The translations under genes were made by a program, and so were the position numbers. The notes under the pieces were generated by a model. That model was not told the origin of the DNA. It made no database searches and was given only the letters and a program-made list of their open reading frames with translations. Shown in pieces: positions 17,178-24,761 of a stretch of 25,522 nt of DNA. Every line of letters starts with the position of its first letter. The first letter of the stretch is position 1. This DNA comes from a virus (Duplodnaviria > Caudoviricetes): the IMG/VR virus record IMGVR_UViG_3300044820_000014, positions 1 through 25,522 of that record; one strand, 5' to 3'.

Positions 17178-18515
17178 TCAGACGGCGCTAAGGCTCATCA
17201 GATCGACTTCGCGGAGGCGCTTCTGTCGAAGTGCTTCCGCCGATTTGTCCGTGTCGGACGTGGTTTCTTCTTGGTCATCGCTCGGGGTTTCGACAAGCGA
17301 AAGCAACGAGTCGTGACCGGTCGAAATAGATTTGCACGCGGAGCGGATTTCCTTCTCCGTCTCATTCGAGAACTTGCGGCCCGCCTTGGTCCGGACGGCT
17401 GCAATAGCCTTTGCGATCGGCTTCGCGTCCTTGGTCACAAGACCCTTTGAAACAGCAGCTTCGCCTTCCGCAGTTTCTTCGGCCAACAGTTCGGCAATCT
17501 CTTCCTGCGTCATGGCTAGCAAGGCGTCCGCCACAGCGCGCATTGCATCGGCAAGCATCTGCGGGACAGGGCTGTTGTCGCCCTCTATCTCCGATTCCCA
17601 TTCGGTACATTCTTCAATCCAGCCGAGATCCTGGAGCAACATCGCGAGCTGCGCGACGCCGTAGAGTCCCTTCACGTTGACGGTGAACTTCTTGTTCACG
17701 ATCGGAGAAGCCTGCACCATTTTTGCCTCATAATGATCAAGGACGGCGCGGGCCTTTGCGGCGACGTCTTCCGGGAATTCGGATTGCTCAAGGAGTGATT
17801 TTGCCGTTTTGAGACCTTCTGCGGTGACGCTCAGGCGGTCGTCAACAACGGTTGCAAACGGAATGCAGTAGGACGCCTCGTTCTCAGCGTCAGCCGCGTT
17901 GTAGACAAGGAACCCTTTGCGAACAAAAGTCGTATTCGGGTGGTCGCCGCCGAATTCAGCCTTGTCGAAAATGGACTTTGCGGCGCCTTCGGAATTCCAC
18001 TCCGTAACGTCAGCGGCAGGAAGATTGCGAGACGCGCCGACCTTCCAAACACTACCGCGCTCATCGAGCGCCTTCCCGGTCACGACGGCATCTGGGTTGC
18101 ACCCAACGACGACCAAAGACAGTTCCAGGAATTCCCACTCGACATATTTTACACCGCGGCCATTTGGTTCAACCTTGATCGGAGAGAACCCAATAGAAAC
18201 ATCAGTGCCGACTCCAGCCTTGTACTTGGCGCAGGCATCATCGGCGCGAGCGGAAATTCCCTTGTCGATGAACGTGACAAGGCACTTCACCTCATTCGGC
18301 AGGATCGTAACGTCGGCGGACCCGACCAAAGAATCGATGTTCGACTTGTGATCAAGAAGAACGGGGATTGACTTCCGAGTGAGAACACACCCCTTCGGAA
18401 CAACAATATCGTCAACACGATCCTGAGTTCCGTTCGTTGCACGAACGATAATTTGACGATCGGAAAGCCCATCGCCGGTAGCAAGAACCGAAAACGGCAG
18501 TTCTTTCCTGATCAT
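17178..18515 (-). CDS. HK97-family prohead protease with extra C-terminal domains
   Basis: DRVDDIV, VLLDH, VSIGF and LELSLVVVGCNPDA motifs in the first ~150 aa, followed by ~295 additional aa including KAGRKFS. Confidence 0.9.
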   Translation of the reverse strand: MIRKELPFSVLATGDGLSDRQIIVRATNGTQDRVDDIVVPKGCVLTRKSIPVLLDHKSNIDSLVGSADVTILPNEVKCLVTFIDKGISARADDACAKYKAGVGTDVSIGFSPIKVEPNGRGVKYVEWEFLELSLVVVGCNPDAVVTGKALDERGSVWKVGASRNLPAADVTEWNSEGAAKSIFDKAEFGGDHPNTTFVRKGFLVYNAADAENEASYCIPFATVVDDRLSVTAEGLKTAKSLLEQSEFPEDVAAKARAVLDHYEAKMVQASPIVNKKFTVNVKGLYGVAQLAMLLQDLGWIEECTEWESEIEGDNSPVPQMLADAMRAVADALLAMTQEEIAELLAEETAEGEAAVSKGLVTKDAKPIAKAIAAVRTKAGRKFSNETEKEIRSACKSISTGHDSLLSLVETPSDDQEETTSDTDKSAEALRQKRLREVDLMSLSAV

Positions 18516-18521
18516 CTTTTC

Positions 18522-19820
18522 CTAAGCCTCTGGCGCAGAATCAGCCGGCTCCTCGCCGGCAGAGGGTCGGCCCGCGCCGTCTGGCGCCGTCCCTGTCATG
18601 TCACTACCAAGAGCCGCGAGGTTGACCGGAGCGCGCACTTCGTCGCCACCAGGCACGGGTGGTAGCTTTTCGGACTTGCGCCACTCGTTTGTTTTCGTAA
18701 GGCCCGACATCGTCCCGAGCCGGCCAACGTTGATCCTGGTCAGGATGTCAGCGCGCAACAGCGCGCTTTCGTCAAAGTCAACCTCGATACCCTCGCGGTC
18801 CAGATCGAACACCTGAACAAACTTCTGTTCCCACCGCTCAAGATCCGGCATAATGGTGTTATTGACGTAATCCTGATCTGCCTGCGGCAGATTCATTTTG
18901 CTCGCATTGTCCATCAGACCAAGCTTATGAGCTGGCATTCGGTAGAACCGCGCCACCTCTTGCGCCTGCAATTTTCGCTGCTCAATGAACTGCAACTCAA
19001 CCGATGTCAGCTTTAGCGGGACCGGCTCAATTCCATCTTCAAGAACGGCCGTCGCGCCGACATTTTCGATTCCAGAGAAGAGACTCGACCACGCGGTTTT
19101 GAGTCTATTGGCGGCGTCGGCCGTGAGCGTCTTTGCACTCTTGAGCAAGATCGACATAAATGCGCCGTTCTTGATCCAGCGCGCGGCCTGCTGTTCCAGA
19201 CCTAGAGCAATGCCGATACTGTCCCGAGCAAGTCCAATCGTTGAAGCGCCGACGATCGCATTGAACGCCAGCCCGCGAAGGTGAAAGATATCCTCGGCCG
19301 GGATTGACTGCGGGAAATCGCGTAGCACCGCAATTTGAAACAAACCAACCCGGTTTACACTATAGAATATCTGACCGTCCGACGCTTCCAATACCATAAC
19401 GGCGTCGGGGTTGACGGGAATCAATTCGACCGGATTTCCGCGGGAATCCCGCAAAATCACCGCGTATGCATTTCCCCGCAAGAGAAGCGCGGCGTGCATC
19501 TGCATGACGAATTCGAACCAACACTGCACCCTGTTCGGCCGCTTGAATAATTTGGCGACCGGATGATCCGTAATTTGAGTGCGGCTTCCGTCCGCGTTCG
19601 GCCTCCATAGTCCAGGTGCACAACGCGCAACATCTTCAGACCGATACGTGACACACGCATAAACAGCCGAGCACGTCATCGCCGTGGCTTGGCTGATACT
19701 CACTCCGGAGGTCGACGCAATCGACCCCAGCACCGGCATATAGCTTTGCGCCGGGACGCCAGCGACCGATTTAGTCACTCCGGCTGAACCGTATTTGAAC
19801 AGCCGGCTAAAGACGCCCAT
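18522..19820 (-). CDS. Portal protein, HK97 family
   Basis: AVYACV, LLLRGNAY, DIFHLRG and EVARFYRMPAHKLG motifs. Confidence 0.95.
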   Translation of the reverse strand: MGVFSRLFKYGSAGVTKSVAGVPAQSYMPVLGSIASTSGVSISQATAMTCSAVYACVTYRSEDVARCAPGLWRPNADGSRTQITDHPVAKLFKRPNRVQCWFEFVMQMHAALLLRGNAYAVILRDSRGNPVELIPVNPDAVMVLEASDGQIFYSVNRVGLFQIAVLRDFPQSIPAEDIFHLRGLAFNAIVGASTIGLARDSIGIALGLEQQAARWIKNGAFMSILLKSAKTLTADAANRLKTAWSSLFSGIENVGATAVLEDGIEPVPLKLTSVELQFIEQRKLQAQEVARFYRMPAHKLGLMDNASKMNLPQADQDYVNNTIMPDLERWEQKFVQVFDLDREGIEVDFDESALLRADILTRINVGRLGTMSGLTKTNEWRKSEKLPPVPGGDEVRAPVNLAALGSDMTGTAPDGAGRPSAGEEPADSAPEA

Positions 19821-19823
19821 TCG

Positions 19824-21512
19824 CTATACTCTCAGTATTAGGAGGTCTTTAGTCTCGTATGCGGATGGACCGCCAGTTGCGACGGGATTCGTCGACATAA
19901 TCGCGCAGGAATCGAACAGTGCCATCAGTGGATCGATCTTGCCGTATCCGGACGCATCGCGGACGATCCGCATTCCGGTTGGTGTTGGCTGTGTGATAGC
20001 GTTGCCAGCGCACCACGCCATCAACGCTTGGCCGCCGTGCTTGAATGTCCCGTCCGCCAGCTTTCGTTCAACCGACTTGATCGCGCCCATCAGACCGAAA
20101 CCCTGACGAACCGCAATCAGGTTTTCGTTTTCTTCTGAGACGCCGATATTCGCCAGCTCATCAACGATGAGCCCGAGACCTGCGGCGTCAACTCCGACTT
20201 GGCACAGCAGACCCGACGCAACCACCTTCTCAACCACCGCGACCAAAGCCGCCAGATCTTCCGGCAAGTGATCGACGCAGGTTAGATCCCCCGCCGCCTT
20301 GAAGTCGTCATAGACCGATCGATTTGCCTTACGTCGCTCAAGACCTTCTGGCGAAATAAATGCGTGCGTCCAGGCGAGCCATCGCTTCGTAAGCTTCTCA
20401 CGACCAACCACAGCAAGGCCAAGCAGATCGTCCAGGCCGCCGCCGTCGATGCCAACCGAAACAACCTCGCAACGATCCAAAATAGAATCGAGCGTGAGAC
20501 CCTTCTCAGCCCCGCGATTCCAAAGGTGCGCGCCGGCCCAACCATCAGACCGCAACCCCATTCCAATTTCGACATTGAAATGTTGCGACGCCAGCAAGGC
20601 TAGTTGCTCTGGTCCGTTCTCTTCCGCCTTCAGAAGTTCACGAGCCAGAAAGTCCTCGTTAACCGAGCGGCCCATATTCGGGTTGACGAGTTGCCAGAGA
20701 TCCCGCTTTTTCCACCCGCCGTCTTTCGTTAGGCGAATCGGCAGCTCGTACAGTACCGGCAACAGCGGCAATTCAATTTCACCATCGCGCACCCGCCGCG
20801 CCATATTCAGTTCGGACTTAAACACTCCAACTGGAGGCGCTTTTGATTGCGTCGTGGTTTGGAACAAAAACCCGTCAGGTCGCGCCGTCAGCGCACCGCG
20901 CAACTCAACGAACACGTCTGCGGCATTCGACTTTTTGGCGAACACGTGAGTTTCGTCGATCATCGTCCCAGTCGCCTTCGACCCGGTGATGACGTCGGTA
21001 TCCGCAGCCTTGATCTGCAAGGTTGCGCCAGTCGGCCGATATGTGATCAGCCTAATATGGCGCTGAATATGAAACTTCTTTGCGAGCACCGGGTCCAACA
21101 AGATCGTTCCAGACGCTTGCTTGAACGCGATGTCAGCAATTTCCTTTGTCGGGGCAATCAGCAGGAATTCCGCTGACGGCCGCTTATTCATCAAGAGGGC
21201 GACAACCATAATGGCGCCGCCGTTCGAACTCTTTGCGTTCTTCTTGGGGATGAGCAGGAAGTATTCCTGTATCATCCGCACGTTCAACGCCGGGTCATAA
21301 GACCCAAACAACGCTGCCACGATCGGAAAGAACCACTCTCCGCACGCCTCAGCCAACGTTGGCGTCCCGAACAAGTCCGGGATCCGCAATTGTTTGAAGT
21401 ACCGTAACCCGCGCTCGGCTTCCGCTTTAAACAGCGGAAGGTCTGGCACCAACGGTGCGCCGGCGAGAATGCGCTTTTCCCAATCTGGACAGGCCGTTGA
21501 CCACGACGCCAT
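19824..21512 (-). CDS. terL: Terminase large subunit
   Basis: Walker A-like LLIPKKNAKSS, Walker B TMIDETH, nuclease GIDGGGLDDL and C-terminal KIDPLMA. Confidence 0.95.
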   Translation of the reverse strand: MASWSTACPDWEKRILAGAPLVPDLPLFKAEAERGLRYFKQLRIPDLFGTPTLAEACGEWFFPIVAALFGSYDPALNVRMIQEYFLLIPKKNAKSSNGGAIMVVALLMNKRPSAEFLLIAPTKEIADIAFKQASGTILLDPVLAKKFHIQRHIRLITYRPTGATLQIKAADTDVITGSKATGTMIDETHVFAKKSNAADVFVELRGALTARPDGFLFQTTTQSKAPPVGVFKSELNMARRVRDGEIELPLLPVLYELPIRLTKDGGWKKRDLWQLVNPNMGRSVNEDFLARELLKAEENGPEQLALLASQHFNVEIGMGLRSDGWAGAHLWNRGAEKGLTLDSILDRCEVVSVGIDGGGLDDLLGLAVVGREKLTKRWLAWTHAFISPEGLERRKANRSVYDDFKAAGDLTCVDHLPEDLAALVAVVEKVVASGLLCQVGVDAAGLGLIVDELANIGVSEENENLIAVRQGFGLMGAIKSVERKLADGTFKHGGQALMAWCAGNAITQPTPTGMRIVRDASGYGKIDPLMALFDSCAIMSTNPVATGGPSAYETKDLLILRV

Positions 21513-22093
21513 CAGTTCACCCGAGTCGGCGCCGTATCTTCCTCAAGGTCGCCCCACTCAGTCCCGGCAGCCGCGGTCTTCGCGTCTTCCTCGGCCTGTT
21601 CCTTTTTGCCGGGCATCGCGTCGTTAAGCTTTGCAAGCGCCGTGGCCAGTTGATTGGAACTCTTGGTCCGCGTCTCGTGGTCAAGGGCCTTAAGCAGCTT
21701 CGCCCGAGCGGATGAATCCTTTTCGCCGCCGAAGTTGATCTCCACCAATTCCGAAAGGATGGTGGCGTGGCTGTTCAGAAACTCCAGCTCGTCCATCAGG
21801 GCCAAAATGATATTCCGGCCACGGGCCGTAAGGTCTTTAACCGATGCCGATTCCGTAACCCGCCGCCGCGGCGCGAACCGCGTTTGCGGTAGTTCGCGCT
21901 CTGGTTCGCGGGCAGGTTCGCACGGCTGCTGGTTCGCAGCTTCGCGGGTCCAACCGTTCTTCTTTGCCGCCTTCCGGATGGCGGTATCAGATAGACCGAA
22001 ACGTTTCGCTAACGCGCGGATTGAAAGGGTTTCAGAGCGGTACACCTCGCCGATCTGAATCCAGTCAGGAGAATTTCCTTCTACTGTTCGCAC
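21512..22093 (-). CDS. terS: Terminase small subunit
   Basis: HTH PDW..I...YR...LSIRALAKRFGLSDTAIRKAAKKNGWTR and C-terminal GKKEQA..DA..A..GTEWGDL. Probable start is GTG at 22093, not 22228. Confidence 0.85.
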   Translation of the reverse strand: MRTVEGNSPDWIQIGEVYRSETLSIRALAKRFGLSDTAIRKAAKKNGWTREAANQQPCEPAREPERELPQTRFAPRRRVTESASVKDLTARGRNIILALMDELEFLNSHATILSELVEINFGGEKDSSARAKLLKALDHETRTKSSNQLATALAKLNDAMPGKKEQAEEDAKTAAAGTEWGDLEEDTAPTRVN

Positions 22094-22104
22094 TAGGTTC
22101 GCAC

Positions 22105-22200
22105 CTATCAAAATCCCTATAATGGGAAAAATTCTGCAAGTGCCACCTGATGCGGTACAAAGGGGTAACAACTCCAAGGAGTTATACCCCCATCCCCCAT
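22105..22200 (-). other. Candidate cos / packaging region
   Basis: Intergenic between HNH and terS, where cos lies in HK97-like phages; contains GGGGATGGGGGTAT and GCAGAATTTTTCCC tracts. The cut site cannot be determined. Confidence 0.5.
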
Positions 22201-22523
22201 CAACGACGCGCGGCGCGCGCCTGCACACCCTTCAGCGTGTTGTGCTGAACGCAAAGGCATTGGCCGTTGCCAATGTCATAGAGCGCTCCACCATCGGCCC
22301 GCTCTATAATGTGGTCTGCGACCATCCTGTGCTCTGGCGATGCGCGCTCGCAGCGCTTGCCATCCTCTACCCACTCACAGCGCCAGCCTGCCCTAGCGCA
22401 TACAGCGCGGCGCCAGGCCCTGTGCTCTGGTGTCTGAAGCTCGGAGTCCACCTGCTTCGGTGGCGGCTTAATCCGTCTCGTGTCGAGTGTCGCCAGCCTA
22501 GGCTTTAGCGTCTGCAGTGCCAC
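22200..22523 (-). CDS. HNH endonuclease (HK97 gp74-like terminase cofactor)
   Basis: ADHIIERADGG...NGQCLCVQHN..K motif; directly upstream of terS. Confidence 0.9.
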   Translation of the reverse strand: MALQTLKPRLATLDTRRIKPPPKQVDSELQTPEHRAWRRAVCARAGWRCEWVEDGKRCERASPEHRMVADHIIERADGGALYDIGNGQCLCVQHNTLKGVQARAARR

Positions 22524-22721
22524 TCAGGGCAGCCGACCGAAGTCGTTGTGCTGGTAGGTAACGGAACCAATTACCGGCACTTGCGCTTGGCGAATTGCAC
22601 GCGCAATAACATCCAAAGCTTTTGGTGTATGGTGATCTACTATCTCGATCCCAGGCCACATCCCGAAAGACGAAACAGATACGCAGTTCGTGTCGTCCCA
22701 AAGATCTATTGGCTTGCTCAT
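22524..22721 (-). CDS. Hypothetical protein (65 aa, MSKPIDLWDD...)
   Basis: ATG at 22721 overlaps the upstream TGA; its stop abuts the HNH start. Confidence 0.55.
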   Translation of the reverse strand: MSKPIDLWDDTNCVSVSSFGMWPGIEIVDHHTPKALDVIARAIRQAQVPVIGSVTYQHNDFGRLP

Positions 22722-22915
22722 GACGGATCCGTCTTCGGAGAGACTACAGTGCAGCCAGCAGAGAACACGAATGCCTCGTTGACCGGCTCGTAGGAGTTGA
22801 GGGCATCGATGGCTTTGGTCTGGCACTCGTAAAGATTCGGCATCTGCTCTTTGTAAGGAGGCTCTACAAGCTGACCGTTGACCCATAAGGCCATGACAAA
22901 GATGTAGAGCTTCAT
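22718..22915 (-). CDS. Hypothetical protein (65 aa, hydrophobic N-terminus, two Cys)
   Basis: ORF track; coupled to the next gene. Confidence 0.6.
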   Translation of the reverse strand: MKLYIFVMALWVNGQLVEPPYKEQMPNLYECQTKAIDALNSYEPVNEAFVFSAGCTVVSPKTDPS

Positions 22916-22924
22916 TTAAAGAGT

Positions 22925-23056
22925 TTACCTTGCGTAGTAAAAAAGGGTTGCGGCGGTTACAACAATCACGCCCAACCAGAACGCCACGAACCACAACGCC
23001 GCACGCGGAGTCCCGCCAAGGGCTCTATCCGTGTCGGGTGGCGGCCGAACGCTCAT
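22925..23056 (-). CDS. 43-aa single-TM microprotein
   Basis: Manual translation: MSVRPPPDTDRALGGTPRAALWFVAFWLGVIVVTAATLFYYAR. Confidence 0.45.
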   Translation of the reverse strand: MSVRPPPDTDRALGGTPRAALWFVAFWLGVIVVTAATLFYYAR

Positions 23057-23091
23057 CACACATGCCTAGCCAATCTCATCAAAGGTGATGG

Positions 23092-23187
23092 TCATCGGTG
23101 ATCCGAGTTCAGAGCCTTAGCCACATAGACCATGGCAATCACATAAAGCGCTGCAATGGTGGTGAGAGAGCCTGCGAGCGCCATCAT
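23092..23187 (-). CDS. 31-aa single-TM microprotein
   Basis: Manual translation: MMALAGSLTTIAALYVIAMVYVAKALNSDHR; ATGA overlaps at both ends. Confidence 0.5.
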   Translation of the reverse strand: MMALAGSLTTIAALYVIAMVYVAKALNSDHR

Positions 23188-23336
23188 ATCTGCGCAACCA
23201 CACCGCGCTTGATCACCGAAGCGAGCCATTCAGCACTTAACGGGATGCGAAGCGAAACCACAAATCTTGCGGCGTAGATCAACGGCCTCACCCGCCACGC
23301 GATCTTCACAGAAACGTTTAGCGTCGTCATAGCCAT
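23184..23336 (-). CDS. 50-aa basic/hydrophobic hypothetical protein
   Basis: Manual translation: MAMTTLNVSVKIAWRVRPLIYAARFVVSLRIPLSAEWLASVIKRGVVAQI; TAATG overlap. Confidence 0.5.
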   Translation of the reverse strand: MAMTTLNVSVKIAWRVRPLIYAARFVVSLRIPLSAEWLASVIKRGVVAQI

Positions 23337-23518
23337 TAGACGCAGTCCCCGCAGTCATTCACCCACTCACTCGGCGCCGTGTCTTCGACCACGTCAGCCC
23401 GACGCATCCAAAGCTCATCGCGATGGTCTTGGATCGGTGCCTTTGGCGTTACGATTCGGTAGTCGTCACGACGACGTGGGCTTGAGCGCGGTAAGAACTG
23501 GACGATTTCAGCGGTCAC
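23336..23518 (-). CDS. 60-aa hypothetical protein (MTAEIVQFLPR...DTAPSE...)
   Basis: 3' part of track ORF 23336..23746. The longer start would overlap the tRNA; GTG at 23518 overlaps an upstream TGA. Confidence 0.6.
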   Translation of the reverse strand: MTAEIVQFLPRSSPRRRDDYRIVTPKAPIQDHRDELWMRRADVVEDTAPSEWVNDCGDCV

Positions 23519-23583
23519 AGTGTCATCCCATCCCATACGGCTAAGATCACAAGCAACACAATTGCGAGCTTGAGGCATTCCAT
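23515..23583 (-). CDS. 22-aa hydrophobic micropeptide
   Basis: Manual translation: MECLKLAIVLLVILAVWDGMTL; GAGG upstream and GTGA overlap downstream. Confidence 0.4.
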   Translation of the reverse strand: MECLKLAIVLLVILAVWDGMTL

Positions 23584-23606
23584 GGGCTTCCGCCTCAATG
23601 GCTTCC

Positions 23607-23681
23607 TGGAGCGGGCCGCGAGAATCGAACTCGCTTGGAACGGTTTGGAAGACCGGCGACCAGCCAATGGACCAGACCCGC
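23607..23681 (-). tRNA. tRNA-Gly(TCC)
   Basis: GCGGGTC/GGCCCGC acceptor stem, anticodon loop CT-TCC-AA, T arm GCGAG-TTCGATT-CTCGC, U73 and encoded CCA; 75 nt. Confidence 0.92.
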
Positions 23682-23687
23682 GATGTT

Positions 23688-23744
23688 TGGCGATCCCCCG
23701 CAGCTTTCGCTGCGACCGGCGTTAATTCGCCGGACGAAGGGATC
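23688..23744 (-). ncRNA. Putative CCA-ending tRNA-like three-helix RNA
   Basis: GATCCCT-TCGT-CCGGCG(AATTAA)CGCCGG-T-CGCAGC(GAAA)GCTGCG-GGGGATC-G-CCA, 6 nt upstream of tRNA-Gly. Confidence 0.45.
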
Positions 23745-23749
23745 AAATC

Positions 23750-24156
23750 TAAGGGGGAGGGCTTTCGCCACTCCCCGGCAGTCCTACTGTCCGGTTGTGC
23801 CGGCTTCAGACCGTTTGTGATCGCGAGCTCGTCCTAGTTTGCCCCACCACATCTGCGAACCAAAAGGATCTAATGAAATCCGCAGTATTCAGAATAAGCG
23901 CCCCGGCATTTCTGCGGCGTCAGGGGAGTAACGCACTCGGGGCTAGAGGGCCGGCATCGTTTTCGACAAGGCATGAGCCGGGCTATTGAGATGCGCCCTC
24001 TATGGGAATTTCTGACATGATTCTGGGTTGCGTAACTCGGTTTTCCCGAGCCTCGCTACCGAACCTGAGGGCTCGGCCGGGCTGTTCCTCACTTGCGCCC
24101 CACCTACGTAAGGGCCGCCCTGGTATCGGGAGGGAGTCTTAGCCACTTCGCAACGT
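23750..24156 (-). ncRNA. Structured late leader / candidate ncRNA cluster
   Basis: No credible ORF. Multiple stems: GTTGCG/CGCAAC, CCGAGCC/GGTTCGG, CTCGG/CCGAG, TAGAGGGC/GCCCTCTA, GCCCCG/CGGGGC, CTGCGGAT/GTTCGCAG, and GGGGAG/CTCCCC with a GAAA loop. Confidence 0.5.
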
Positions 24157-24163
24157 AATTTCA

Positions 24164-24200
24164 GCGCTATCCGATCTTACCAAGATCCGCAATTTATTTT
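24164..24200 (-). promoter_or_regulatory. Candidate late sigma70-type promoter
   Basis: A-rich tract, TTGCGG (24192-24187), 17-bp spacer, TAGCGC (24169-24164). Inverted repeat GATCTT-GGT-AAGATC lies in the spacer. Confidence 0.45.
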
Positions 24201-24206
24201 GGCGAG

Positions 24207-24452
24207 TTATGCACATGGTTTCATTTTAGCTTCGCGACGCTTCAACGCGGCTTCGCATCTTTGGCAAGTAGCCCAATTACCGAGGCCACGCAGAGCGCCC
24301 GCCTTCACGGATGCGGCGCCGCACAGTGCGTCAGCCCATGAAAGATCGTCGCGCGTGTAATAGTGAGCTTTCTTCGGGTGGCTGCCGAAACCGCCAGCGA
24401 TGCTGACTGCCCATCCTTCCTTAAACCGATCGATCGGCCCGCCTGACATCAT
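24207..24452 (-). CDS. Small putative Zn-binding protein
   Basis: 81 aa with H...LCG...CxxC spacing; GAGG RBS. Confidence 0.7.
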   Translation of the reverse strand: MMSGGPIDRFKEGWAVSIAGGFGSHPKKAHYYTRDDLSWADALCGAASVKAGALRGLGNWATCQRCEAALKRREAKMKPCA

Positions 24453-24464
24453 GGTCTGTCCGCC

Positions 24465-24497
24465 TCACACCGTCACGATCTGCCCGTCCGCCAAAAT
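24465..24497 (-). repeat. Junction repeat copy 3 (reads ILADGQIVTV*)
   Basis: ATT TTG GCG GAC GGG CAG ATC GTG ACG GTG TGA, out of frame with the overlapping ORF. Confidence 0.75.
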
Positions 24498-24706
24498 TCA
24501 AAATCAAAGATGCTCGCAACTTTACCGTCGTCCAACGTCAGTTTAAGCACGGGATATTCGTCTCCGTCGTCGTGAATGACATCGTCGACAAAAATCTCAC
24601 CAAACGCCAAGGAGCCATCCTCTCGGATCAACTCGACGCGGCCACCATCCTGCCATGACGGCATATCGCCTATCACCTTACGCCATGTCGGATCTGCCTT
24701 ACTCAT
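24473..24706 (-). CDS. Acidic hypothetical protein (77 aa)
   Basis: ORF track; GAGG RBS. Confidence 0.7.
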   Translation of the reverse strand: MSKADPTWRKVIGDMPSWQDGGRVELIREDGSLAFGEIFVDDVIHDDGDEYPVLKLTLDDGKVASIFDFEFWRTGRS

Positions 24707-24715
24707 CTCAAGACC

Positions 24716-24748
24716 TCACACGCTGATGATCTGCCCATGGGTTAGTTC
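24716..24748 (-). repeat. Junction repeat copy 2 (reads ELTHGQIISV*)
   Basis: GAA CTA ACC CAT GGG CAG ATC ATC AGC GTG TGA, intergenic. Confidence 0.75.
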
Positions 24749-24761
24749 AACCGCATGACCG

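Noticed and set aside
22094-22228. N-terminal extension of terS
   Set aside because: Spans the probable cos region and the end of the HNH gene; the HTH begins just after GTG 22093.
23519-23746. 5' part of the 136-aa ORF
   Set aside because: Runs through tRNA-Gly and the tRNA-like element.
23770-23850. Resemblance to a c-di-GMP-I riboswitch (GGCAAAC...GGTCTGAAG...GACTGCCGGG) or a hammerhead ribozyme
   Set aside because: The GNRA-capped stem after GGCAAAC and the GCAAA junction are missing, and there is no CUGANGA core.
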